From NCBI GenBank assembly GCA_964458275.1, contig CAYWIE010000004.1, positions 3,459 to 67,458 of the forward strand: a stretch of DNA of 64,000 nucleotides, given 5' to 3'. The translations under genes were made by a program, and so were the position numbers. Under the pieces are notes generated by a model that was not told the DNA's origin, ran no database searches, and saw nothing but the letters and a program-made list of their open reading frames with translations. Source of the stretch: an uncultured Bacteroidaceae bacterium (GTDB lineage: Bacteria; Bacteroidota; Bacteroidia; Bacteroidales; Bacteroidaceae). This document shows, piece after piece, positions 56,029 through 64,000 of the stretch (position 1 is its first letter; every line of letters begins with the position of its first letter).

Positions 56029-57537
56029 TTAGGCATTCATTTCGAGCATTTCGCTTATGTATTCGCGGCTGTTGCTCAGACGGGGGACTTTGTGCTGTCC
56101 GCCTAATTTGCCTTTGCTCTTAAGCCAGTCGTTGAAAAGCTGCTTGCGTGCGGGAATTACTTCGAGGGCTTGCAGTGTGATGTCCTTGTAGCGTTTGGCT
56201 TCGTAGTCGGAATTTATCTGCTGAAGCGTGGTGTCGAGTATGGTCGCGAACTTTTCGAGCGAGTCGGGGAGTTGCGAGAATTCTATTAGCCATTGGTGGC
56301 GGCATTGTGCGTCGGCATCCATATATACGGGTGCGGCTGTGTATTCTGCCACTTGTGCCCCGGTCTCGGCACAGGCTTTTGAGAGGCCTTGTTCTGCATT
56401 GTCTACTATCAGTTCTTCTCCAAACGCATTTATGAAGTGTTTGGTTCGTCCGGTGATTACAAATTTATATGGGTTCTTGCTTGTGAAGCGCACTGTGTCG
56501 CCCAACATGTATCTCCATAGTCCGCATGAGGTGCTGATGAGCATTGCGTAGTTGCGTCCTATCTCTACGTCCCACAGAGGAATAGCTTTGGGATTCGGAC
56601 TGTCGAGCTCTTCAAACGGTATGAATTCGTAGAACACTCCGTAGTCAATCATCAACAGCATCGACGGGTCGGTAAAGTCGTTCTGTATGCCGAAGAAACC
56701 TTCGCTGGCATTGTAGGTTTCGAGGTAGTGCATGTTGGAACTGCGTATGAGCTGTTTATACTGTTCGCGGTAGGGGGTGAATGCTACTCCGCCGTGGAAG
56801 AATACTTCGAGGTTGGGCCAGACTTCGTCTATTGATTTTTTCCCTGTGATGTCGAGTATGTGCTTGAGTACAGCCATCATCCACGATGGTACGCCCGAAA
56901 TATTTGTTACATTGTTGTTGCATGTGGTGCGGGCTATGCGTTCCATTTTCTCCTCGAAGTCGCTGAGCAGTGCTATCTTCTTGTTGGGGACACGCACAAG
57001 ATTCACCAAAGGCATGATGTTCTCGATGAGTATGGCGCTGAGGTCTCCGACGAGCGAATTGGGCAGGTTGTAGTTGGGGGCATGGCTGCCGCCGAGGATA
57101 AGCGCTTTGCCCGAAAATATGCGGCTTTCGGGGTTGAGCTGCAGGTATAGGGATACAGAGTCGCGTCCGCCTGCATAGTGTACGTTCTTGAGCCCGTCGG
57201 GTGTAACAGGGATGAATTTGCTCTTGTCGTTTGTGGTTCCTGATGATTTGGCGAACCAACGGCAGTTGCCGCGCCAGAGTATGTCGCTTTCGCCGTGGCG
57301 CATGCGGTCTATGTATCCTTTGAGGCTCTCATAGTCCTGTATGGATACATTGGATGCAAAATCTTCGTATCTGCTTATGGTGTCGTACTTGTGCTTCTTG
57401 CCCCATTCGGTGTCGGCGGCTTTCTGCACAAGTTCCATCAATACCCGTTGTTGTATCGCTTCAGTGTCTGTCGCGAATTTGTCTATTTTTTTTGCTCTTA
57501 ATTTGAATATGTTGTTAAGCAGTGATGTTTCGTTCAT
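56029..57537 (-). CDS. GH3 (auxin-responsive promoter) family adenylate-forming protein
   Basis: 502-aa ORF. FAKSSGTTNDKSKFIPVT is the AMP-binding P-loop-like motif typical of bacterial GH3 homologues. Confidence 0.8.
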   Translation of the reverse strand: MNETSLLNNIFKLRAKKIDKFATDTEAIQQRVLMELVQKAADTEWGKKHKYDTISRYEDFASNVSIQDYESLKGYIDRMRHGESDILWRGNCRWFAKSSGTTNDKSKFIPVTPDGLKNVHYAGGRDSVSLYLQLNPESRIFSGKALILGGSHAPNYNLPNSLVGDLSAILIENIMPLVNLVRVPNKKIALLSDFEEKMERIARTTCNNNVTNISGVPSWMMAVLKHILDITGKKSIDEVWPNLEVFFHGGVAFTPYREQYKQLIRSSNMHYLETYNASEGFFGIQNDFTDPSMLLMIDYGVFYEFIPFEELDSPNPKAIPLWDVEIGRNYAMLISTSCGLWRYMLGDTVRFTSKNPYKFVITGRTKHFINAFGEELIVDNAEQGLSKACAETGAQVAEYTAAPVYMDADAQCRHQWLIEFSQLPDSLEKFATILDTTLQQINSDYEAKRYKDITLQALEVIPARKQLFNDWLKSKGKLGGQHKVPRLSNSREYISEMLEMNA

Positions 57538-57640
57538 AGCTACATAGATTGTAACAAATATTCTTCACAGCGAATGCTGTCGATATTTGTGCTTTATCGT
57601 AAACATACAAAATTAATACAAATATTTCGAACAGCCCTTA

Positions 57641-57665
57641 GAGACTGTTAAATTTTAACAGCTTC
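57641..57665. repeat. minimal palindromic copy of the GAAGCTGTTT repeat (two abutting ends)
   Basis: GAGACTGTTAAATTTTAACAGCTTC, flanked by TTA (57638-57640) and TAA (57666-57668). It lies 13 nt downstream of the dsbD stop codon. Confidence 0.7.
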
Positions 57666-57678
57666 TAATAGTTTTTTG

Positions 57679-59619
57679 TTATTTGTTCTTGTAATTGTTC
57701 AAGCCTTGTTCAAGGAAGTTTATGTATGACTGTATATCTTCGTTGTATGAGTATGAGCCTGCAAGCGGTTCGCCGTTGCCGTCGACGGGTACGTAGAACG
57801 GTTGGGCGTTGGCACCGAACTTGCAGCGTTGCAGATAGCTCCATTTGTCGCCGAGGGTGCGCAGCTTGCGTTCTGTGCCTTGCTCGGTTACGGTAACAGG
57901 CTGTGGCAGCGGGGTCTTGTCATCGACAAACAGGGTTATCAGGACATAGTCGTTGCGCAGTATCTCTGCTACGCGGCTGTCTGTCCACACGGATGCCTCC
58001 ATCTTGCGGCAGTTTACGCAGCCGTATCCTGTGAAGTCGAGGAGTACGGGCTTGTCGTGTGTGCGTGCATATGCCATTCCCTCGTCGTAGTTGTTGAATT
58101 TTGCGTGTACATCGCCGTCGGAGAGATTGAAGTCCTGTGTCCACATGGGTGGCGCAAATGCGCTTATGGCTTTGCAGGGAGCTCCCCACAGTCCGGGTAT
58201 CATGTATATGGCGAACGATAGCGAGAGCAGTGCGAGGAAGAATCTGGGCACCGATGTTGTGCGGTCGTTTGCGTCGTCGTGCGGGAATTTTATTAAATTC
58301 AGCAGGTATAGTCCTAACAGTGCAAAGAGCACTATCCATAGTGCAAGGAATACTTCGCGGTCGAGTATTCCCCAGCCATAGGCGAGGTCTGCTACCGACA
58401 GGAATTTTAGTGCAAATGCAAGCTCTATGAATCCGAGTGTTACCTTTATCACATTCATCCATCCTCCCGAACGGGGCGCTTGTTTGAGCATCGAGGGGAA
58501 CAGCGCGAAGAGTGTGAATGGAAGTGCAAGGGCGAGTGCAAAGCCAAGCATGCCTATTGCGGGACCGAAGAGCGAACCGGTTGTGGATACCTCTACAAGC
58601 AGGAAGCCTATGATGGGTCCTGTGCACGAGAAGGATACCAGCGACAGGGTGAACGCCATGAGGAAGATGCTGAGTATGCCAGATGTGTTCTTTGCTCTTG
58701 CTTTCTTGTTTACTTTATTTGTCCACGATGATGGGAGGGTGAGCTCGAATCCGCCGAGGAACGATGCTCCGAAGAGCAGCAGCAGCAGGAAGAAGAGCAG
58801 GTTGAATATGGCATTGGTAGATAGCGCGTTCAGTGCGCTTGCTCCGAATATCAGAGTTACGGTCAGTCCGAGTGTGAGGTATATTGCTACTATCGAGCAG
58901 CCGTAGAGGATTGCCTCTTTCAGTGCTTGGGCGCGACTGCCGGCACGCTTCAGGAAGAAACTGACTGTCATGGGAATGATGGGCCATACGCAGGGGGTGA
59001 GCAATGCCAGAAGACCTCCGCCGAATCCCAGAAGGAATGTCATCCATAGTGGGCGTGAACCGCTCTGCGAACTATTTTCGTCGAAACTCTTCAGCTCGCT
59101 TATTACGGGCTTCCACAGCGGGTTGTCGGTGAATATATTGCCTGCATTGTCTGCGGCAGGAGCAGCCGCCTGCTTCTCTTTGCTGTTTATGTCGAATTCG
59201 TATGTGGCAGGAGGCAGACAGCTCTCGTCGTTGCACAATCCGTAGCGCAGATAGCCTTGTGCCCGGAAATTCTTGTCGAGTATCTTCAGCTTCTGTGTAA
59301 AGGTGGCGCTGTTTTCGAAATACTTCACTTTCATCCCGAATACAGGGTCGTCTTTCTCAATTTCTCCTGCTCCGGGGGTCAGTTTGCCCACCGGCTCCAG
59401 TCCTTCGAGTGTCTCGAACGTTATTGTGGCTGCTGTGGGACCGCCGTCGGGCAGGTTGGTGGAGTATAGGTGCCATCCCGATTCTATATCTGCCTTGAGG
59501 ATGATGTTTATTTCATCGCCTTCGATGTCGAACGACGCATTTATTGTTGCGGGATTCTCTACCTGGCAGTAGGCGAGTGTAGAGATTGCCAGCATCAGAA
59601 GTGTGAGTAGTTTTTTCAT
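57679..59619 (-). CDS. dsbD: thiol:disulfide interchange protein DsbD-like
   Basis: 646-aa ORF with an N-terminal periplasmic domain, a DsbD/CcdA transmembrane core (LTPCVWPIIP, FSCTGPI) and a C-terminal thioredoxin domain (GYGCVNCRKME). Confidence 0.85.
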   Translation of the reverse strand: MKKLLTLLMLAISTLAYCQVENPATINASFDIEGDEINIILKADIESGWHLYSTNLPDGGPTAATITFETLEGLEPVGKLTPGAGEIEKDDPVFGMKVKYFENSATFTQKLKILDKNFRAQGYLRYGLCNDESCLPPATYEFDINSKEKQAAAPAADNAGNIFTDNPLWKPVISELKSFDENSSQSGSRPLWMTFLLGFGGGLLALLTPCVWPIIPMTVSFFLKRAGSRAQALKEAILYGCSIVAIYLTLGLTVTLIFGASALNALSTNAIFNLLFFLLLLLFGASFLGGFELTLPSSWTNKVNKKARAKNTSGILSIFLMAFTLSLVSFSCTGPIIGFLLVEVSTTGSLFGPAIGMLGFALALALPFTLFALFPSMLKQAPRSGGWMNVIKVTLGFIELAFALKFLSVADLAYGWGILDREVFLALWIVLFALLGLYLLNLIKFPHDDANDRTTSVPRFFLALLSLSFAIYMIPGLWGAPCKAISAFAPPMWTQDFNLSDGDVHAKFNNYDEGMAYARTHDKPVLLDFTGYGCVNCRKMEASVWTDSRVAEILRNDYVLITLFVDDKTPLPQPVTVTEQGTERKLRTLGDKWSYLQRCKFGANAQPFYVPVDGNGEPLAGSYSYNEDIQSYINFLEQGLNNYKNK

Positions 59620-59635
59620 AATTATATTGTTTTTC

Positions 59636-60991
59636 TTATAATTCCATAGGGTTTTTGCGTATGCGCCATTCGGCGGGGTAGAGGTTGTTCACTCTGTTGC
59701 CTACGTTTTTGGCAAAGCCAATCGGTGCCTCCTTGTATGTGAGGAGCAGTATTCCCATCGGTGCGTCGGGGAGCGTAAGCGCCTCTCGGTGGAGATAGGC
59801 GAGTGCTTGTTCGAGCGACAGCTCTTCTGTGGCGAAAGCTCCGCGATTGAGAATGTTGCTCATCGCAAGCTGGTGCATGGGGATAGCTTTCTTGTTTTTT
59901 ATCGTTGCAACGGGTACTCCGCAGTGCAGCACTTTCAGTCTGGATTGCAATGCGGATATTGCGGAATGATGCTTTGTGGGGATTGCTGTAACGCAATCTT
60001 CGTTTACATCAAATGTGTAATCGGGCGATGTAATCCACGATTTTATGTCGGATTGCTGTTTGGGCAGGGGCGTCGGCTTTGTGCGTGCAGGGCGAGGTTG
60101 TGATACGCTGCCTTCGCCCTCTTTGCGCAGCAGGGCGAGGAAGAATCCCTCTCCGCGTGTGTATCCCGGAATGAACCGGTAGGCAGGGAACTCTTCGCCT
60201 ATGAGATTGCCGGTGATGTTCCATCCGTCCGATGTCTCTATGGGGAGAATCTCTGCTCCGAACTCATCGCGCATCCATGCTACGGTCTCCTCGTTTTCGT
60301 GGGGGTTGTATGTGCATGTGCTGTATATGAGAAGTCCTCCGGGGCGGAGTGTTTGCCAGATGTCTGCGAGTATGCTCCTTTGTCGTGCCACGCAGGTCTT
60401 GACATTGCCGGGCGACCAGAGTGAGATGGCGCGGGCATCTTTGCGGAACATTCCTTCGCCTGAACATGGCGCGTCTACTGCTATTATGTCGAAGAAATCT
60501 TTCAGTGGTGCAAAGTCGGCAGGGTCGTTGCGTGTAACGACTGCGTTCGGCGCTCCCCATTTTATTATGTTCTCGGTGAGTATGGATGCCCTCAGGGGAA
60601 CGGGTTCGTTGGCTACGAACAGCGAGCCTTCGGGTAGAAGTGAGAGTGCGTGTGTCGATTTTCCTCCGGGTGCTGCGCAAAGGTCGAGCATCCTCACCGG
60701 CGTGCTTACATATTGCCTGAGCACTTGTTCGAGAAACATTGAGGATGCTTCCTGCACATAGTAACAGCCTGCATGAAAAAGCGGGTCGGCTGTGAACGAC
60801 GGGCGGTTTTCTACGTAGTGCCCGTTTGCTGCCCATGCGACCTTTTCGCCGTCCCATTCGGCAAATGGCTTTGTGGGGTTGGTGCGCACGCTTACTACGG
60901 GCTCTTCTTTCAAGCCTTTCTCGAATTGCGAGTAACGCTCCTCGCCGAAAAGTGCAGTTGTCTGTTCTATGAATTCTTTTGGCAGTTCCAT
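59636..60991 (-). CDS. rRNA cytosine-C5 methyltransferase (NOL1/NOP2/Sun, RsmF-like)
   Basis: 451-aa ORF with LDLCAAPGGKSTH (SAM motif I), DAPCSGEGMFRKD and YSTCTYNPHENE. Confidence 0.85.
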   Translation of the reverse strand: MELPKEFIEQTTALFGEERYSQFEKGLKEEPVVSVRTNPTKPFAEWDGEKVAWAANGHYVENRPSFTADPLFHAGCYYVQEASSMFLEQVLRQYVSTPVRMLDLCAAPGGKSTHALSLLPEGSLFVANEPVPLRASILTENIIKWGAPNAVVTRNDPADFAPLKDFFDIIAVDAPCSGEGMFRKDARAISLWSPGNVKTCVARQRSILADIWQTLRPGGLLIYSTCTYNPHENEETVAWMRDEFGAEILPIETSDGWNITGNLIGEEFPAYRFIPGYTRGEGFFLALLRKEGEGSVSQPRPARTKPTPLPKQQSDIKSWITSPDYTFDVNEDCVTAIPTKHHSAISALQSRLKVLHCGVPVATIKNKKAIPMHQLAMSNILNRGAFATEELSLEQALAYLHREALTLPDAPMGILLLTYKEAPIGFAKNVGNRVNNLYPAEWRIRKNPMEL

Positions 60992-61096
60992 TGTTTGCTC
61001 TATTCTCGCATTGTCAATAACTACAAAGATACGCTTTCTAAATTAATTTGAGCCTATTTGCTGATGCAAATATTTTGAGCGGCGCGAAGTTTGCGC

Positions 61097-61104
61097 TATA
61101 TTTG
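61097..61104 (+). promoter_or_regulatory. candidate -7 box TATATTTG for thyA-folA
   Basis: Matches TAnnTTTG, 29 nt upstream of the thyA ATG. Confidence 0.5.
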
Positions 61105-61132
61105 CATGAAGAATACTCCTAAAATATCATAT

Positions 61133-61927
61133 ATGAAACAATATCTCGACCTGCTCGACCGCATATTGACGGAGGGCGTCAAAAAAGAGGACAGGACCGG
61201 CACCGGTACAATCAGCATTTTCGGTCATCAGATGCGCTTCAATCTCGAGGAGGGATTCCCTTGCCTTACAACAAAAAAACTGCATCTGAAATCCATTATT
61301 CATGAATTGTTGTGGTTCCTTGCTGGCGACACAAATGTTAAGTATTTGCAGGATAATGGTGTGCGCATATGGAACGAGTGGGCTGATGAGAATGGCGACT
61401 TAGGTCATGTCTATGGTTATCAGTGGCGTTCATGGCCCGACTACAAAGGCGGACATATCGACCAGATAAGCGAGGTTGTCGAGACACTCAAGAAGAATCC
61501 CGATTCGAGACGCATCATTGTCAATGCGTGGAATGTGGCAGACATTGAGAATATGAATCTTCCTCCCTGTCATGCAATGTTCCAGTTCTATGTAGCCGAT
61601 GGACGTTTGAGCTTGCAACTGTATCAACGTAGTGCAGACTGCTTCTTAGGCGTTCCGTTCAACATAGCATCATATTCGTTGCTGTTGCTTATGATGGCTC
61701 AGGTTACAGGACTGAAACCCGGCGATTTTGTACATACTCTTGGTGATGCGCACCTTTACCTCAATCATATCGAACAAGCCAAGTTGCAGCTTACGCGTGA
61801 ACCTTATGCACTTCCTGTGATGAAAATCAATCCTGACGTTAAGGATATTTTCAGTTTCAAGTTCGAGGATTTCTCATTGGAGGAGTACATCGCTCATCCG
61901 CATATAAAGGCAGAAGTTTCTGTGTAA
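61133..61927 (+). CDS. thyA: thymidylate synthase
   Basis: Start at [34 protein letters not shown] (the catalytic Cys) and GDAHLYLNH are present. Confidence 0.95.
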   Translation: MKQYLDLLDRILTEGVKKEDRTGTGTISIFGHQMRFNLEEGFPCLTTKKLHLKSIIHELLWFLAGDTNVKYLQDNGVRIWNEWADENGDLGHVYGYQWRSWPDYKGGHIDQISEVVETLKKNPDSRRIIVNAWNVADIENMNLPPCHAMFQFYVADGRLSLQLYQRSADCFLGVPFNIASYSLLLLMMAQVTGLKPGDFVHTLGDAHLYLNHIEQAKLQLTREPYALPVMKINPDVKDIFSFKFEDFSLEEYIAHPHIKAEVSV

Positions 61928-62422
61928 ATGAGCTTGAAAGTAGCAATGATAGCCGCTGTTGCCGAAAACAGAGCCATAGGCAACGGCAATAAACTGATAT
62001 ATTGGCTGCCCGACGACCTGAAGCGTTTCAAGCAATTGACGTCGGGGCATACAATAATTATGGGCAGCAATACTTTCCGCTCGTTGCCTAAAGGGGCTTT
62101 GCCCAACAGGCGGAATATTGTCCTTTCGCGTAGCGGAAATGAATTTCCCGGTGCAGAGTGCTTCTCTTCTCTTGAGGATGCTTTGGAGACATGCAAAGGC
62201 GAGGAGATTGTTTATATAATTGGTGGCGAAAGGCTTTATACATATGCGATGCCTTTTGCGGATATTCTCTATTTGACCGAAGTTAAGGATACGCCTGTCG
62301 AGGCAGATGCTTTCTTTCCCGATTGGAGGAACGGTGAGTGGATTGAGGTTGAGAGTGAACGGCACCACATGGATGAAAAGCACGCCCATGAATTTCTCTT
62401 TACTACTTACATGAGAGTGTAG
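61928..62422 (+). CDS. folA: dihydrofolate reductase
   Basis: 164-aa ORF with IAAVAENRAIG, MGSNTFRSLP and YIIGGERLY. Its ATG directly abuts the thyA TAA. Confidence 0.9.
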   Translation: MSLKVAMIAAVAENRAIGNGNKLIYWLPDDLKRFKQLTSGHTIIMGSNTFRSLPKGALPNRRNIVLSRSGNEFPGAECFSSLEDALETCKGEEIVYIIGGERLYTYAMPFADILYLTEVKDTPVEADAFFPDWRNGEWIEVESERHHMDEKHAHEFLFTTYMRV

Positions 62423-62472
62423 GGTTTTCTAAGGTCTTTGGGGTCTCTAATATTTAATCCGTTTTTTTAAAA

Positions 62473-62510
62473 AAAAGTTCAGGCGAACCGATTGGTTCGC
62501 CTGAACTTTT
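62473..62510. terminator. bidirectional terminator (folA / exbD convergent)
   Basis: Perfect 17-bp arms, AAAAGTTCAGGCGAACC / GGTTCGCCTGAACTTTT, with loop GATT. Confidence 0.85.
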
Positions 62511-62533
62511 AAATATGCAAAGCAACTGACTTA

Positions 62534-62995
62534 TTAACGTTGTGCTGCTGAATATGCAATTGAAAGTGCCATTGCCTTACGCAATTCCATCTTTACGTCT
62601 GTAACGATACCCATCTGAGTGTCTTTGTCAACTTTCAAAGATATCTTCATAAAGGGTTTGTCACGCTCTGCCAAACTCTCGCGCTCGGCTGTAATGAATT
62701 CGCGGATGTTTGATGGATCGGCAAACTTGTCGTTCAACTGAATACGGCTCTGTGTACCCAATTTTGCGCGGAAATCCTTTGTAGGCTTACCAATGTAAAT
62801 ATTTGATACCAAAGACTTGCGTTCCAGTTTCTCCAATTCAGTACCTGAAGGGACTTTGAATTCCACTTTCAACTCAACCTCACGCATTGATGTTACAATC
62901 ATGAAGAAGAAGAGGATAGAGAATATCAAGTCGGGCAATGAAGAGGTATTCAATTCCGGTATTTCTGCCTTTCCTTTCTTTTGAAACTTACTCAT
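62534..62995 (-). CDS. exbD: ExbD/TolR family biopolymer transport protein
   Basis: 153-aa ORF with a single N-terminal TM helix (LPDLIFSILFFFMIV) and an ExbD-like periplasmic domain. Confidence 0.8.
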   Translation of the reverse strand: MSKFQKKGKAEIPELNTSSLPDLIFSILFFFMIVTSMREVELKVEFKVPSGTELEKLERKSLVSNIYIGKPTKDFRAKLGTQSRIQLNDKFADPSNIREFITAERESLAERDKPFMKISLKVDKDTQMGIVTDVKMELRKAMALSIAYSAAQR

Positions 62996-62999
62996 AATC

Positions 63000-63590
63000 T
63001 TATTGGTTATATTTACGGGGCTCAGCCTCGGAAATTACACACTTGTAGTACTGACGGCATGCCAACTGCTCATCCTCGTTGCACTCGCGGTAGGGCTTAC
63101 CGAAGCTCTTACGTGCGAGTTCGTCGCGAAGGTCGTTGTATGCGCCGTATAATTCATTCTCCACCTGGAAGTATGTGTCGTAGCTTGTTGCACGGTCGGT
63201 CTGCAATGATATTACGTGGTTCTTTGTAATATTCTGTACTCCGAATGGTGCGGGAAGCTCAACGGCTACCAACTCAGGAAGGTCAGGATTGTTCTCGGGG
63301 TTCGCAATGAACTCTTTTGCAAGCTCGCGGAGCTCAGAAATCTGAATCTCTTTTGAGTTCTTTGCTACTGTTACCATGATTTGGTTGTTCATGTTAACAT
63401 TCACAATCATAGAGTTTCTTTCGCGAATTTTGGGAGGATCCTGCTCGTTTTCTTCGGGAGGGTTCGGCAGACGTACTACCAAGCCTCTGTCAGTATCCAT
63501 TGAGGTGGTTACCAGGAAGAATATAAGCAATATGAATGAGATATCGGCCGTTGATGAGGCGTTTATCCCCGGTACTTTTCTATTTCCCAT
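63000..63590 (-). CDS. exbD: ExbD/TolR family biopolymer transport protein
   Basis: 196-aa ORF. INASSTADISFILLIFFLVTTSM is the typical ExbD N-terminus. Confidence 0.8.
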   Translation of the reverse strand: MGNRKVPGINASSTADISFILLIFFLVTTSMDTDRGLVVRLPNPPEENEQDPPKIRERNSMIVNVNMNNQIMVTVAKNSKEIQISELRELAKEFIANPENNPDLPELVAVELPAPFGVQNITKNHVISLQTDRATSYDTYFQVENELYGAYNDLRDELARKSFGKPYRECNEDEQLACRQYYKCVISEAEPRKYNQ

Positions 63591-63596
63591 TATTAA

Positions 63597-63977
63597 TTAC
63601 GCTTTAATCTTTTGGGGTTTCTTTAATATGCCAACTAAGCTGATTACTGTAAGGAATACAGATGCAGCAAGAAGAACATACTGGACATAGATACATACGT
63701 CGGTAAGTATCAAATCGCTCTTGTTGTCAAAAGCTGAACCGTCGGCCATTTTGAGAGGGGCGTCTGATGCGAATGCATATGCACCACCGAAAAGTGCGCA
63801 TATCAATGCAATGCCGATACAGCCTTTCAATGCTTGTCCGGGATTGGTTTTCAGAGTCGCAAAGAATTTGACAATAACAAAGAATATAACAAGAACAATT
63901 CCAATAACTACCAAGGCATACATCCAATATATGAGATGGTCTGTAAATTGAGGGTCAACTATAGAAGAACCATTCAA
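63597..63977 (-). CDS. small integral membrane protein upstream of exbD genes (start uncertain)
   Basis: Three hydrophobic helices. The track start is a TTG. The reading frame stays open to the right window edge, so the real start could lie beyond 64000 or at the internal ATG near 63923. Confidence 0.45.
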   Translation of the reverse strand: MNGSSIVDPQFTDHLIYWMYALVVIGIVLVIFFVIVKFFATLKTNPGQALKGCIGIALICALFGGAYAFASDAPLKMADGSAFDNKSDLILTDVCIYVQYVLLAASVFLTVISLVGILKKPQKIKA

Positions 63978-64000
63978 TGTTGTGTAATTATCATAACCGA

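Noticed and set aside
1-64000. Search for a multi-gene defence or otherwise exotic system: restriction-modification, CBASS, retrons, Abi, toxin cassettes, secretion-system effectors, biosynthetic clusters.
   Set aside because: Apart from the decayed parDE pair, I found no nuclease, helicase, methylase, reverse-transcriptase, cyclase or NRPS/PKS signatures. Nearly every ORF longer than 150 aa is accounted for by a housekeeping or envelope family. The novelty candidates are therefore limited to those listed under findings.

Overview
This 64-kb window is a chromosomal segment from a Bacteroidota genome, most likely Bacteroidales. Three things support that placement: TAnnTTTG-type -7 promoter boxes, T9SS C-terminal sorting domains, and conserved neighbourhoods (BamD-RpoZ-DUF4293, DUF4254-GT9, a GH3-family gene). 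I call about 55 protein genes, one tRNA-Leu(CAA), and many clean hairpin terminators. Most of the content is housekeeping: leuA-leuC, malQ, pdxA, rlmN, queA, uvrB, bamD, rpoZ, rplM-rpsI-rpsB-tsf, rmuC, pdxB, nnr, an argR-GNAT-argG-argC-argD operon, galE, sufE, glutaminyl cyclase, cysS, dsbD, thyA-folA and exbD x2. I see no CRISPR array, integrase, transposase, prophage or recognisable multi-gene defence island.

The parts that deserve a second look are:
1. A dispersed intergenic palindromic repeat family with core GAAGCTGTTTRAATTT. It includes a 190-bp element with perfect 18-bp terminal inverted repeats and matching TTA flanks, and a 92-bp element whose end overlaps the uvrB stop codon.
2. 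A tightly coupled operon of NTP-transferase, ATP-grasp, CDP-alcohol phosphatidyltransferase and HAD genes downstream of pdxA, possibly a polar head-group or lipid pathway.
3. An frc-oxc-AEC transporter oxalate catabolism operon.
4. A cluster of a 970-aa surface coiled-coil lipoprotein, an OmpA-family protein and a T9SS cargo protein.
5. A parDE module with a frameshifted toxin and an intact palindromic operator.
6. A 1189-aa T9SS cargo protein with duplicated discoidin-like domains.

I cannot show that any of these is a truly new system from sequence alone. All function calls rest on motifs I recognise by eye in the translations.
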